64,000 bases of DNA from Thermodesulfobacteriota bacterium. GTDB lineage: Bacteria; Desulfobacterota_D; UBA1144; Nemesobacterales; JAJCZQ01. The stretch lies in contig CBDBDR010000017.1 of NCBI GenBank assembly GCA_965203965.1, forward strand, positions 1,280,001-1,344,000, in the 5' to 3' direction. The translations under genes and the position numbers were made by a program. Below the pieces are notes generated by a model. That model was not told where the DNA came from. It did no database searches and saw nothing but the letters and a program-made list of their open reading frames with translations. Positions 52,274-60,314 of the stretch are shown here, piece after piece. The stretch's first letter is position 1. The number at the start of each line of letters is the position of its first letter.

Positions 52274-52744
52274 ATGAGTAATAATATAGTAAGTAGTGGA
52301 GACAATAAAACAGAAAGCAATGATGATGAAACAAATAACAAAGGAGGTGACGGCAACCTAGAGATATTAATAAATGTGTTGTTTATGTGCTTTTTATTAA
52401 TTAGCATTATAATTCTTATGGAATTGTTACTTAATAATGAGGGAATTAAGCTAGTTAAAAAATATCCATTACCATTTGTTATTATATCAACGTCTATCGT
52501 TGCTGGTAGTTTCTTCATAATAAAAACTTATATTAGAAGTGAAATAGGTATCAAGGAGGTAGAAATGGGTAAGGAATTTAGAAAAGATATTAAGGAATTT
52601 ATTGCTCAGCAAAAAATAGAATTTGATAAGCAAAATGCAAAGTTAGAGCAAATACTTGAAAATACAAGAAATGAAAATACGAGAACTGAAAATACAAGAA
52701 CCTCGACAAATGTTGATCAGGGAAATAAGCAATCTACCGGTTAA
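52274..52744 (+). CDS. Small 2-TM protein with coiled-coil tail, paralog A (IS passenger)
   Basis: Two hydrophobic segments; shares LPFVIIxTSIVAGSFFIIKTYIRSEIGIKEVEMGK with 53977-54537. Confidence 0.8.
   Translation: MSNNIVSSGDNKTESNDDETNNKGGDGNLEILINVLFMCFLLISIIILMELLLNNEGIKLVKKYPLPFVIISTSIVAGSFFIIKTYIRSEIGIKEVEMGKEFRKDIKEFIAQQKIEFDKQNAKLEQILENTRNENTRTENTRTSTNVDQGNKQSTG
52468..52573. repeat. 106-bp inverted repeat, copy 1 (partner 54208-54313)
   Basis: 102/106 identical to the reverse complement of 54208-54313. Confidence 0.95.
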
Positions 52745-52958
52745 AGCCTACTAACCCACCAATTCTCTATACCTCAACCTTATATCATCAACACCACTGT
52801 ATCATCTAAATCCATTATACAACTTATCAATTTTACCCAAGGTTAGGGTTGCTATTTTTTTGGTTGTTTTAGCCATAAAAACATCCGATAAAAAAACTTG
52901 ACATTAGCTAAATATCAGGTAGTATAGTGCCGTAATAATATAGAAGGAGATATTATAT

Positions 52959-53960
52959 ATGGCACGCAGTGGCAAGGTAAGTAGGGACAAAGTAAGTTTA
53001 TACGAGTTTTTTGAGAGGTTTCCAGACGAGGGGTCAGCAAGGCGTCATTTTGAGAGCATATTATGGGGAAAGGATGAGAATGGTAGAGATAAAAACAGGT
53101 ATTGTCCGCATTGTGGGAGTGTAAGGACATCTGAGTCAAAGCATGCAACGATGCCATATAGGTGTAAGGATTGTGATAAGCGGTTTAGTGTTCGGACAAA
53201 TACGGTATTAGCGGAGAGCAACATACCTTTACACAAGTGGTTAATGGCGATGTATCTACTGAATACTAATCTCAAAGGCGTATCAAGCATGAAATTAGCA
53301 AGGGATTTGGGGGTAACTCAAAAGACGGCATGGTTTTTAGCACATAGGATAAGGAAGGCATTTGAGGGTAATAGTATTTCAATAACCACTCCAATAACTA
53401 CTGGGGGAATAGGAACTACTGGAGTAAAAGAAGATGGAGTAGAGGCAGATGAGACTTATATAGGTGGTAAGGAAAAGAACAAGCACAGTGGTAAAAAACT
53501 AAAGGGTGGTAGAGGGACAGTTGGCAAAGTTCCCGTGATAGGGATAAAAGATAGGGGTAGCAATAAGGTAATGGCAAGGAGTATAGCAACTACGGATTCA
53601 ATTACCTTACATAGGTTTATCGTAAGGAATGTTAAGACGGGATCGGATATATATACGGATGATTGGCTTGGTTATAAAGGGTTAGATAAGAAGGGATTTA
53701 AGCATTATACGGTTACTCACAGTGTTGGGGAATATGTTAATGGTGCTGCTCATACTAATGGTATTGAGTCTTTCTGGAGTATGTTAAAAAGAGGTTATAT
53801 TGGTGTGTATCATAGAATGTCCGTTAAGCATCTACAAAGATATATTGATGAGTACGTGGGACGGCATAATTTGAGACCTCTGGATACTATGACCCAAATT
53901 ACTGAAATTATTAACGGCTTGCTCGGGAAAAAGCTGAGTTATAGAGAACTGGTGGGTTAG
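52959..53960 (+). CDS. IS1595-family (ISXO2-like) DDE transposase
   Basis: Zn ribbon CPHC...CKDC, HTH SSMKLARDLGVTQKTAW, catalytic VEADETY / IYTDD / HTNGIESFW, C-terminal LSYRELV. Confidence 0.96.
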   Translation: MARSGKVSRDKVSLYEFFERFPDEGSARRHFESILWGKDENGRDKNRYCPHCGSVRTSESKHATMPYRCKDCDKRFSVRTNTVLAESNIPLHKWLMAMYLLNTNLKGVSSMKLARDLGVTQKTAWFLAHRIRKAFEGNSISITTPITTGGIGTTGVKEDGVEADETYIGGKEKNKHSGKKLKGGRGTVGKVPVIGIKDRGSNKVMARSIATTDSITLHRFIVRNVKTGSDIYTDDWLGYKGLDKKGFKHYTVTHSVGEYVNGAAHTNGIESFWSMLKRGYIGVYHRMSVKHLQRYIDEYVGRHNLRPLDTMTQITEIINGLLGKKLSYRELVG

Positions 53961-53976
53961 TAAGGGTTAATAAGTA

Positions 53977-54537
53977 TTAACTATCTTCTTTTTGATCTCT
54001 CGTTGGGTTAACCTTGTCTACTAAATCACTTACATCCTTAACCATTTTTCCTAAGTTTTGGTATTGTTGATCAAGTCCTGTAAGTAACTGTTTAGATTCT
54101 GTGAATCGTTTATCAAGTTTTGCCAGTTGCTTATCAAATTTTGTGGAATATTGCTTAAATTTCTTGTCTTGTTTTTCATTAAATTTTTCAATAGCTTGCA
54201 TAAAGTACTTACCCATTTCTACCTCCTTAATACCTATTTCGCTTCTAATATAAGTTTTTATTATGAAGAAACTACCAGCAACGATAGACGTTGTTATAAT
54301 AACAAACGGTAATAACTGCCCATCTCTTTCATCAAGATTAATCCCTCCAAAACTAATCCCTCCACCGTATAATACTTTTATGAAAACTCCTATACCAATT
54401 ATTAAAAATAATGCAAACAATACATCAACTGTTATCTCTAGTATGTTAACCCGTTTGTTATCATATTTGTTCTTCTTTATTGTCTCATTTTTGCTCTTTG
54501 TTGTTTCCTCTCCACTATTTATTATATCATTACTCAT
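53977..54537 (-). CDS. Small 2-TM protein with coiled-coil tail, paralog B (IS passenger)
   Basis: Paralog of 52274-52744 with a similar RBS and N-terminus; convergent with the transposase. Confidence 0.8.
   Translation of the reverse strand: MSNDIINSGEETTKSKNETIKKNKYDNKRVNILEITVDVLFALFLIIGIGVFIKVLYGGGISFGGINLDERDGQLLPFVIITTSIVAGSFFIIKTYIRSEIGIKEVEMGKYFMQAIEKFNEKQDKKFKQYSTKFDKQLAKLDKRFTESKQLLTGLDQQYQNLGKMVKDVSDLVDKVNPTRDQKEDS
54208..54313. repeat. 106-bp inverted repeat, copy 2
   Basis: See 52468-52573. Confidence 0.95.
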
Positions 54538-54647
54538 AGCATATCAATTTTAATCCTTTTTCTCTTTTGTGCTTATATTTTATCATATTTTGTAATTTTA
54601 CAACAACCAAAAAAATAGCCATAAAAAAACATGTTATTATGAAAATA

Positions 54648-54670
54648 CGGCACTATTGTATATAATTCCC
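54648..54670 (-). repeat. Right terminal inverted repeat (followed by TSD at 54671-54678)
   Basis: CGGCACTATTGTATATAATTCCC followed by AAAATTAA. Confidence 0.95.
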
Positions 54671-55216
54671 AAAATTAATTTTTATATTAAGTTCCACTAA
54701 CAATTTTGGCAAGGGGAAACAATCAATTTTTTCCTCTTTACAAATGGATGGAATTTTTTTGAATAATTTACCATCATTAGCGCTTTTTGATTCTTCCGTT
54801 ACGATGACGGGTTTTACAGTTTTTTCTTTTTTATTGATATTAATAGCGTGAAGTATAAGTTGACAATCTGCTGATTCTATAAATTCTTTTTTTCTTCTTC
54901 TAAACTCTTCATCTGTTAGCGTATTCTTTTGCTTACTAACACACCAATTATTATCTAACTTGTTATGATGTGTTTTGTCTATTGCAATTTTACCAGGATG
55001 TTTTTTTATGTTCTTCAAAAACTCTAATTTCTTTACAATCAAACTGTCATTTACTTTGCCGCATTCACTAAAGACTGATTTAAGTAAAATGAAATTTCCT
55101 GATTCTAATTGTTCCTCAATAAAGTAATAAAGTATCTTTTTATCATCAAAACATAAGTAATATCTAACTAAGGACAGAAGCGAGGACGTATCTATCAAAT
55201 ACAAAGTTCTACTCAT
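54653..55216 (-). CDS. PIN-like domain protein (DUF4411-like)
   Basis: YLIDTSS, ESADCQLI, IVTEE and KIPSIC motifs; overlaps the upstream peptidase gene by 8 nt; stop codon lies inside the IS TIR. Confidence 0.8.
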   Translation of the reverse strand: MSRTLYLIDTSSLLSLVRYYLCFDDKKILYYFIEEQLESGNFILLKSVFSECGKVNDSLIVKKLEFLKNIKKHPGKIAIDKTHHNKLDNNWCVSKQKNTLTDEEFRRRKKEFIESADCQLILHAININKKEKTVKPVIVTEESKSANDGKLFKKIPSICKEEKIDCFPLPKLLVELNIKINFGNYIQ

Positions 55217-56366
55217 AAATAAACCTATCTATATCCTTTTCTTTAAAATGTGATAAAACTTCATATTCTCCTACAACTCCTTCAAAATAAGCGTTTAAAT
55301 AAATGTCTTTTTCTAACGGGGAATAAATAGGTTTGGGTGACCTTCCTTTTTTGTGTATTCCCATTTCCCTATTGTGTTCTCTTTCCGATTCTTTTTTTTG
55401 TTCACGTTCTCTCTGTTCTTTCTCCAATTCTTGTTTTAACGAATAATATTTGTTCCATGAAATAGCTTTTTTACCGAACAAATATGTGAAAATTGCCAAA
55501 CGGCTTATATGATATTTTTGTGAAAAGGTTTTAATTTGCTTGTTATTACAATTTGGCTCTTGTTTGAATATGTCTGGTAATTTTTCTTGAAAATCTTTTG
55601 ATAGAAAAGCAAACGCAAATTCATTACACCATTTTTCTACTTCGTTCAATTCACCATTATTGCTTGTTTTCAGTGTTTCATCATCCAATTCTTCTTCTTG
55701 TAATAAATAGTGACCCAACTCATGTATTAAGGTGAATATCTCTCTCTTTAATGAACCCTGTTGTCTCTTGATCACAATGTTATTAGGTGCAATAAAAAAC
55801 CCGTCTATGTTTGCTTTGTTTTTTTTATTCCAAGTTTCCACAAATTCTAAAACCAAGATGTTGTGTTCGGCAAAATTCTCAATTAGAGCTTTCAGAAAGT
55901 CTCTATTTTGTTGGATGATCTCTTTAGGGTAAAGGTTCCCCCTGATCTGTTTGGCAACTTCTTCAGGTGGATCATTTAGGTTGAATGTATCAAGTTTCTC
56001 ACTTGCTTTATAATTAGAGAGTTTAGATAATGCAGATAAAGAATGAATACGTGTCTCCATTTTGTGAACAATTTCCCTGCCTCCTAAAGTGATAGTAGAA
56101 TTAAATGTTGTTTTTCTAAAAAATATGCTTGCATTCTTTTCTCTTTTTAATTCTTTTGGATCAGTATAAAAAGAAAGACCTTCACCAAATATTTTGTCTA
56201 TTTTTTTGAGATGACTGACTTTTATATTACCGCCAAATATATGTTCTTCTTTGATGGGATTCTTTAATCCTTCATTTATTTTTTCCAATAGACTTCTTTT
56301 AGAAAGTCCAAAGAGTTCCATCATGTATTCAATTCTTTGAGGATTTATCTTTATATATTCAGTCAT
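55209..56366 (-). CDS. HTH plus ImmA/IrrE family zinc metallopeptidase
   Basis: N-terminal XRE-like region, FTLIHELGH (HExxH) and EKWCNEFA motifs. Confidence 0.88.
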   Translation of the reverse strand: MTEYIKINPQRIEYMMELFGLSKRSLLEKINEGLKNPIKEEHIFGGNIKVSHLKKIDKIFGEGLSFYTDPKELKREKNASIFFRKTTFNSTITLGGREIVHKMETRIHSLSALSKLSNYKASEKLDTFNLNDPPEEVAKQIRGNLYPKEIIQQNRDFLKALIENFAEHNILVLEFVETWNKKNKANIDGFFIAPNNIVIKRQQGSLKREIFTLIHELGHYLLQEEELDDETLKTSNNGELNEVEKWCNEFAFAFLSKDFQEKLPDIFKQEPNCNNKQIKTFSQKYHISRLAIFTYLFGKKAISWNKYYSLKQELEKEQREREQKKESEREHNREMGIHKKGRSPKPIYSPLEKDIYLNAYFEGVVGEYEVLSHFKEKDIDRFIYE

Positions 56367-56405
56367 TGGATAACTCTTCCCTCATCCAGTGTTTGTCACC
56401 TTATA

Positions 56406-57095
56406 TTACCACATTTCCTTAGTAGCACATTCGCTCAAAAAACTTTCAAAAATTTGTTTTGACTGCTCAGTTTCTTCTAATTCGGGGTGCCATTGAATTC
56501 CTAAAACGGAAATATCCCTGTGTTCTATGCCCTCTATGATCCCATCGGGAGACTCGGCATTGATAGCAAGTCCGTTTCCCAATTTATCAACTGCCTGATG
56601 ATGGTAGCTTTTGACATTAAACTCTTTTTCCCTCAAGACGTTGTGCAGTTTTGAGTTATTTTTTAGTTTGATCGGATGTACTGCCCCCTCTTCATGTTCA
56701 AGAGAATTATCAATCAATGTCCTTATATCCTGATGTAACGACCCGCCGTAAAAAACATTTATAGACTGCATACCGCCGCAGATACCCAGAACGGGTTTTT
56801 TATTTTCAAAAGCTGTTTTCAGTACAATAAACTCGGCTTCGGTTCTTTCCTGACTCATGGGGTTTAATTTTGAATGGGGTTCCTGATGATAGTAGCGGGG
56901 ATCCATATCCCTTGAACCGGGCAGTAGTAAACCATCAACCTTTTGCACTATATCTGCAAGATAGGATCGCTGCTGTTCAACAGTGGGTATTAGTATGGGT
57001 AGTCCGCCATATTTGACTATGGCTTTGGAATAACATTCTTCAATGGAGTTATGCTTGTCTTTAAAGTCAGTTGTAATTCCGACAAGGGGTTTCAT
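56406..57095 (-). CDS. Gamma-glutamyl-GABA hydrolase family (peptidase C26) glutamine amidotransferase
   Basis: LGICGGMQ, SYHHQAV and QWHPE motifs. Confidence 0.9.
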   Translation of the reverse strand: MKPLVGITTDFKDKHNSIEECYSKAIVKYGGLPILIPTVEQQRSYLADIVQKVDGLLLPGSRDMDPRYYHQEPHSKLNPMSQERTEAEFIVLKTAFENKKPVLGICGGMQSINVFYGGSLHQDIRTLIDNSLEHEEGAVHPIKLKNNSKLHNVLREKEFNVKSYHHQAVDKLGNGLAINAESPDGIIEGIEHRDISVLGIQWHPELEETEQSKQIFESFLSECATKEMW

Positions 57096-57122
57096 TGGGA
57101 TTGGTGAGGTAAGTATTCCTAA

Positions 57123-57980
57123 TTAGTAACCTCCCCTTGCCATATCTTCTAACTTTGCAATTCTTTCCTCCATCGGTGGATGCGTGCTGAAGAGTTTGGC
57201 AAATCCACTTCCTATCATGGGGCTTACTATCATCATGTGTGCGGTGCTTTCTGCGGTCTGCTCGCTTACATTAAGTGATGTTCCTGTGCATGCGAGATCC
57301 TTATTATCCAGTTTTCTCAGAGCTCCGGAAAGATAAAGCGGGTTTCCGCAAATCTCCGCGCCGCTTTTATCTGCAACAAACTCTCTTGTTCTTGATATTG
57401 CCATTCTTATAAGGGATGCAGCCAGCGGTGCAAGTATCATCATTGCAATAAGTGCAAATGGATTACCTCTGTCCCTGTTACTTCCACCTCCAAAGAACAT
57501 TGCAAAATATGCAAGATACGTAATTGCAGTGGAGATCGTAGCAGCAATAGAGCCGATAAGTATGTCCCTGTTTTTAATATGAGCCAACTCATGGGCGATT
57601 ACTCCCCTCAGCTCGTTCCTATTCAGTAACTTCATTATTCCCTGAGTGAAGGCGACTGCTGAATGATTCGGATCTCTGCCGGTTGCAAAAGCGTTGGGCG
57701 ACTGCTCTGGTATGATATAAACTTTCGGCATTGGAAGTCCTGCGTTTTGGGTAAGCTCTTGGACATCTCCATAAAGTTCAGGCTGATCTGCGTAGGTAAC
57801 CTCTTTTGCGTGATACATCCGCAAAACGATCTTGTCGCTCCACCAGTAGCTTGCAAAGTTCATCGCCAAGGCAAACACAAGTGCAATCATTGCTCCGTTC
57901 TGTCCGCCGATATATCCACCCATCCACATCAAGAGTGCGGATAAAGAGGTGAGAAGTATAATGCTTTTTAAGGTGTTCAT
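57123..57980 (-). CDS. htpX: Zinc metalloprotease HtpX
   Basis: PNAFATGR, AHELAH, SRTREF and FSTHPP motifs; GAGGAG before ATG 57980. Confidence 0.95.
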   Translation of the reverse strand: MNTLKSIILLTSLSALLMWMGGYIGGQNGAMIALVFALAMNFASYWWSDKIVLRMYHAKEVTYADQPELYGDVQELTQNAGLPMPKVYIIPEQSPNAFATGRDPNHSAVAFTQGIMKLLNRNELRGVIAHELAHIKNRDILIGSIAATISTAITYLAYFAMFFGGGSNRDRGNPFALIAMMILAPLAASLIRMAISRTREFVADKSGAEICGNPLYLSGALRKLDNKDLACTGTSLNVSEQTAESTAHMMIVSPMIGSGFAKLFSTHPPMEERIAKLEDMARGGY

Positions 57981-58134
57981 TGTTTTCTCCTCGTATTTAT
58001 AAGACTGATAAGCAAATAATAACAACTATTTGTCCAACTTCAATAGGTGTTGTTACCTTTATCATTCATCATTAAAATCTATTGCTTTTTAGCCGTGAAT
58101 AGTTAAACCTTACCTTTTCAGGAGATCAGTTGGA

Positions 58135-60066
58135 ATGGGTATAACTTATCCAAAGTCACACCAGATAATTGTAATTGGAGCAGGTCATGCAGGTTGTGAG
58201 GCAGTTTTGTCAGCAGCGAGGATCGGATGCAGGACTTTAATGCTTACTGCCAATATTGACACCATAGGTTTAATGTCTTGCAATCCGTCTATCGGAGGTA
58301 TTGGCAAGGGGCATTTAGTTAAAGAGATAGATGCCTTGGGGGGTGAGATGGGAAAAGCCGCAGATCACAGTGCGATCCAGTTCAGAAGGCTTAACACCAG
58401 AAAAGGGGCGGCGGTTCAGGCAACAAGGATACAGGCGGACAGGCAGTCTTACAGAAGCTATATGAAAAAAATACTTGAGTCGGAGAAAAATATTGATATT
58501 AAGCAAAGAATGGTTGAGAGTTTCATTACAAAAGGGGATTCAGTAGTTGGTGTAAAAACCGGATTGGGAGAAGAATTTTTTGCAGATGCAGTGATAGTAA
58601 CACCCGGCACTTTTCCCAATGGGCTAATTCACATTGGTTTAAACCGTATATCATCAGGAAGAGCAGGAGAATCTGCTGCCAAGGGAATTTCAAACTCATT
58701 TGAAAGTCTCGGTTTTAAGGTCGGTCGTCTAAAGACCGGCACACCACCGAGATTTGATGGTAGAACTATCAGATGGGAAGCCACTGAAATCCAACGGGGA
58801 GATGAGAACCCTATACCTTTTTCCTTTTCAAACGACACGATCCACAGGGAGCAACAACCTTGCTACATAACTTATACTAATAGTAAGACCCACGAAGTTA
58901 TAAGGAACAACATTGATAAATCTCCTCTTTTTTCAGGTCAGATAAAGGGCGTAGGCCCACGCTATTGCCCATCAATTGAGGATAAGATAGTAAAATTTCC
59001 CGATAAGGACCGACATCAGGTTTTTTTAGAGCCTGATGGTGCAAATACCTATGAGATATACCCAAACGGTATGTCAACCAGTTTGCCACTGGAAGTTCAG
59101 TATGAACTTGCAAGAACCATAGATGGACTTGAGAGAGTAGAAATAATGAGGCCCGGATACGCGGTTGAGTATGACTACCTTGAGCCAACACAGTTAAAAC
59201 CGACCCTTGAATCAAAGCTGATAAATAACATCTATTTTGCGGGACAGATAAACGGGACAACAGGTTATGAGGAAGCTGCAAGTCAGGGATTTGTTGCTGG
59301 TGTAAACGCTGCTTTGAAGGTCAGAGGTAAACCGCCGTTTATACTGGACAGGTCTCAGGCATATATTGGGATTTTAATTGATGATCTTGTAACAAAAGGA
59401 GTGGATGAGCCATACAGAATGTTTACCTCCAGAGCTGAATACAGACTGATCCTTCGTGAGGACAATGCGGATCTACGGCTAAGAGAGATTGGAAATGCCA
59501 TTGGTCTTGTGTCTGATGAGGACTGTGCAAGGAGCAAGTCCAGAGGAAAAAGCATAGAAAAGGAACTTGAAAGGCTTGAGAATACAAAAATTATGCCCTC
59601 TAAGAAAATCAACGAGATATTAGCTGGTTTGTCCAGTCCTGCTATGAAAAAGCCCCAGAGTCTCAAGGAGTTGTTGAGAAGACCTGACTTTTCCTACGAA
59701 AAATTAAACTGCCTTGATCCGGGTTTTGCATACACTGAAATTGCACCCGTTGTTTCTCAAGTTGAACTTGAAGTTAAGTATGAAGGATATATCAAGAGAC
59801 AGGCGGAGCAGATTGAAAAATTCAAGCGACTTGAGAGCATAAAAATTCCCGAAGGATTTGCCTATAGTAACATTCCCGGGTTATCAAAGGAGATTGTCCA
59901 GAAATTGAGTTCTGTTAAGCCCAATACCCTCGGCCAGGCGACGCGAGTCTCTGGAATAACACCTGCCGCAATATCTGTATTGATGGTTTATCTAAAGAAA
60001 AATGGAGAGGTAGGAAACTCAAGTTATTCTGATTCTTCCGTTAGATCTGGATCTTCATCTTCATAG
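58135..60066 (+). CDS. mnmG: tRNA uridine 5-carboxymethylaminomethyl modification enzyme
   Basis: GAGHAGCEA, MSCNPSIGG, GPRYCPSIEDK and GQINGTTGYEEAA motifs. Confidence 0.98.
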   Translation: MGITYPKSHQIIVIGAGHAGCEAVLSAARIGCRTLMLTANIDTIGLMSCNPSIGGIGKGHLVKEIDALGGEMGKAADHSAIQFRRLNTRKGAAVQATRIQADRQSYRSYMKKILESEKNIDIKQRMVESFITKGDSVVGVKTGLGEEFFADAVIVTPGTFPNGLIHIGLNRISSGRAGESAAKGISNSFESLGFKVGRLKTGTPPRFDGRTIRWEATEIQRGDENPIPFSFSNDTIHREQQPCYITYTNSKTHEVIRNNIDKSPLFSGQIKGVGPRYCPSIEDKIVKFPDKDRHQVFLEPDGANTYEIYPNGMSTSLPLEVQYELARTIDGLERVEIMRPGYAVEYDYLEPTQLKPTLESKLINNIYFAGQINGTTGYEEAASQGFVAGVNAALKVRGKPPFILDRSQAYIGILIDDLVTKGVDEPYRMFTSRAEYRLILREDNADLRLREIGNAIGLVSDEDCARSKSRGKSIEKELERLENTKIMPSKKINEILAGLSSPAMKKPQSLKELLRRPDFSYEKLNCLDPGFAYTEIAPVVSQVELEVKYEGYIKRQAEQIEKFKRLESIKIPEGFAYSNIPGLSKEIVQKLSSVKPNTLGQATRVSGITPAAISVLMVYLKKNGEVGNSSYSDSSVRSGSSSS

Positions 60067-60200
60067 TTGGATTCCTCTTCTTCCAGTTCATTATCATAAA
60101 GATCCATCTCGTCTATTTCTTCCCCTATATATCTGGTGCTATCTGGTTCTTCGAGCATCTCAAAAAGGTCTTTTACTTTATTCTTTCTTTGTTGTTCCAA
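60024..60200 (-). CDS. Small highly acidic protein (58 aa); not in the ORF track
   Basis: TTG start with GGAG upstream; MEQQRKNKVKDLFEMLEEPDSTRYIGEEIDEMDLYDNELEEEESNYEDEDPDLTEESE. Confidence 0.55.
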   Translation of the reverse strand: MEQQRKNKVKDLFEMLEEPDSTRYIGEEIDEMDLYDNELEEEESNYEDEDPDLTEESE

Positions 60201-60314
60201 TAGGTTTCTCCGTCCTGTTGTTCAAGGTGTGTCGTTTATAATTTTGTAACTATTATTTTCAAAAAATTTTTTTTGGCAATACCAAGAAATTAATAACACA
60301 AATGGTGAGCCATT

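Larger units (their letters stand above)
50988..54670. mobile_element. IS1595-family transposable element with passenger genes (3,683 bp)
   Basis: Perfect 23-bp TIRs GGGAATTATATACAATAGTGCCG (50988-51010 and 54648-54670), 8-bp TSD, intact IS1595 DDE transposase. Confidence 0.95.

Noticed and set aside
51118..52702. 15-bp triplicated repeats as CRISPR-like arrays
   Set aside because: They are in-frame tandem coding repeats without spacers, and no cas genes are present.
52468..54313. 106-bp repeat pair as a diversity-generating retroelement TR/VR
   Set aside because: The four differences are not adenine-specific, both copies are coding, and there is no reverse transcriptase in the window.
52258..54553. 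ORFs 52258-52518 (-) and 54263-54553 (+), which resemble each other
   Set aside because: They are antisense shadows of paralogs A and B. The substitutions in the shared core are mostly synonymous in the A/B frame, which also has the RBS.
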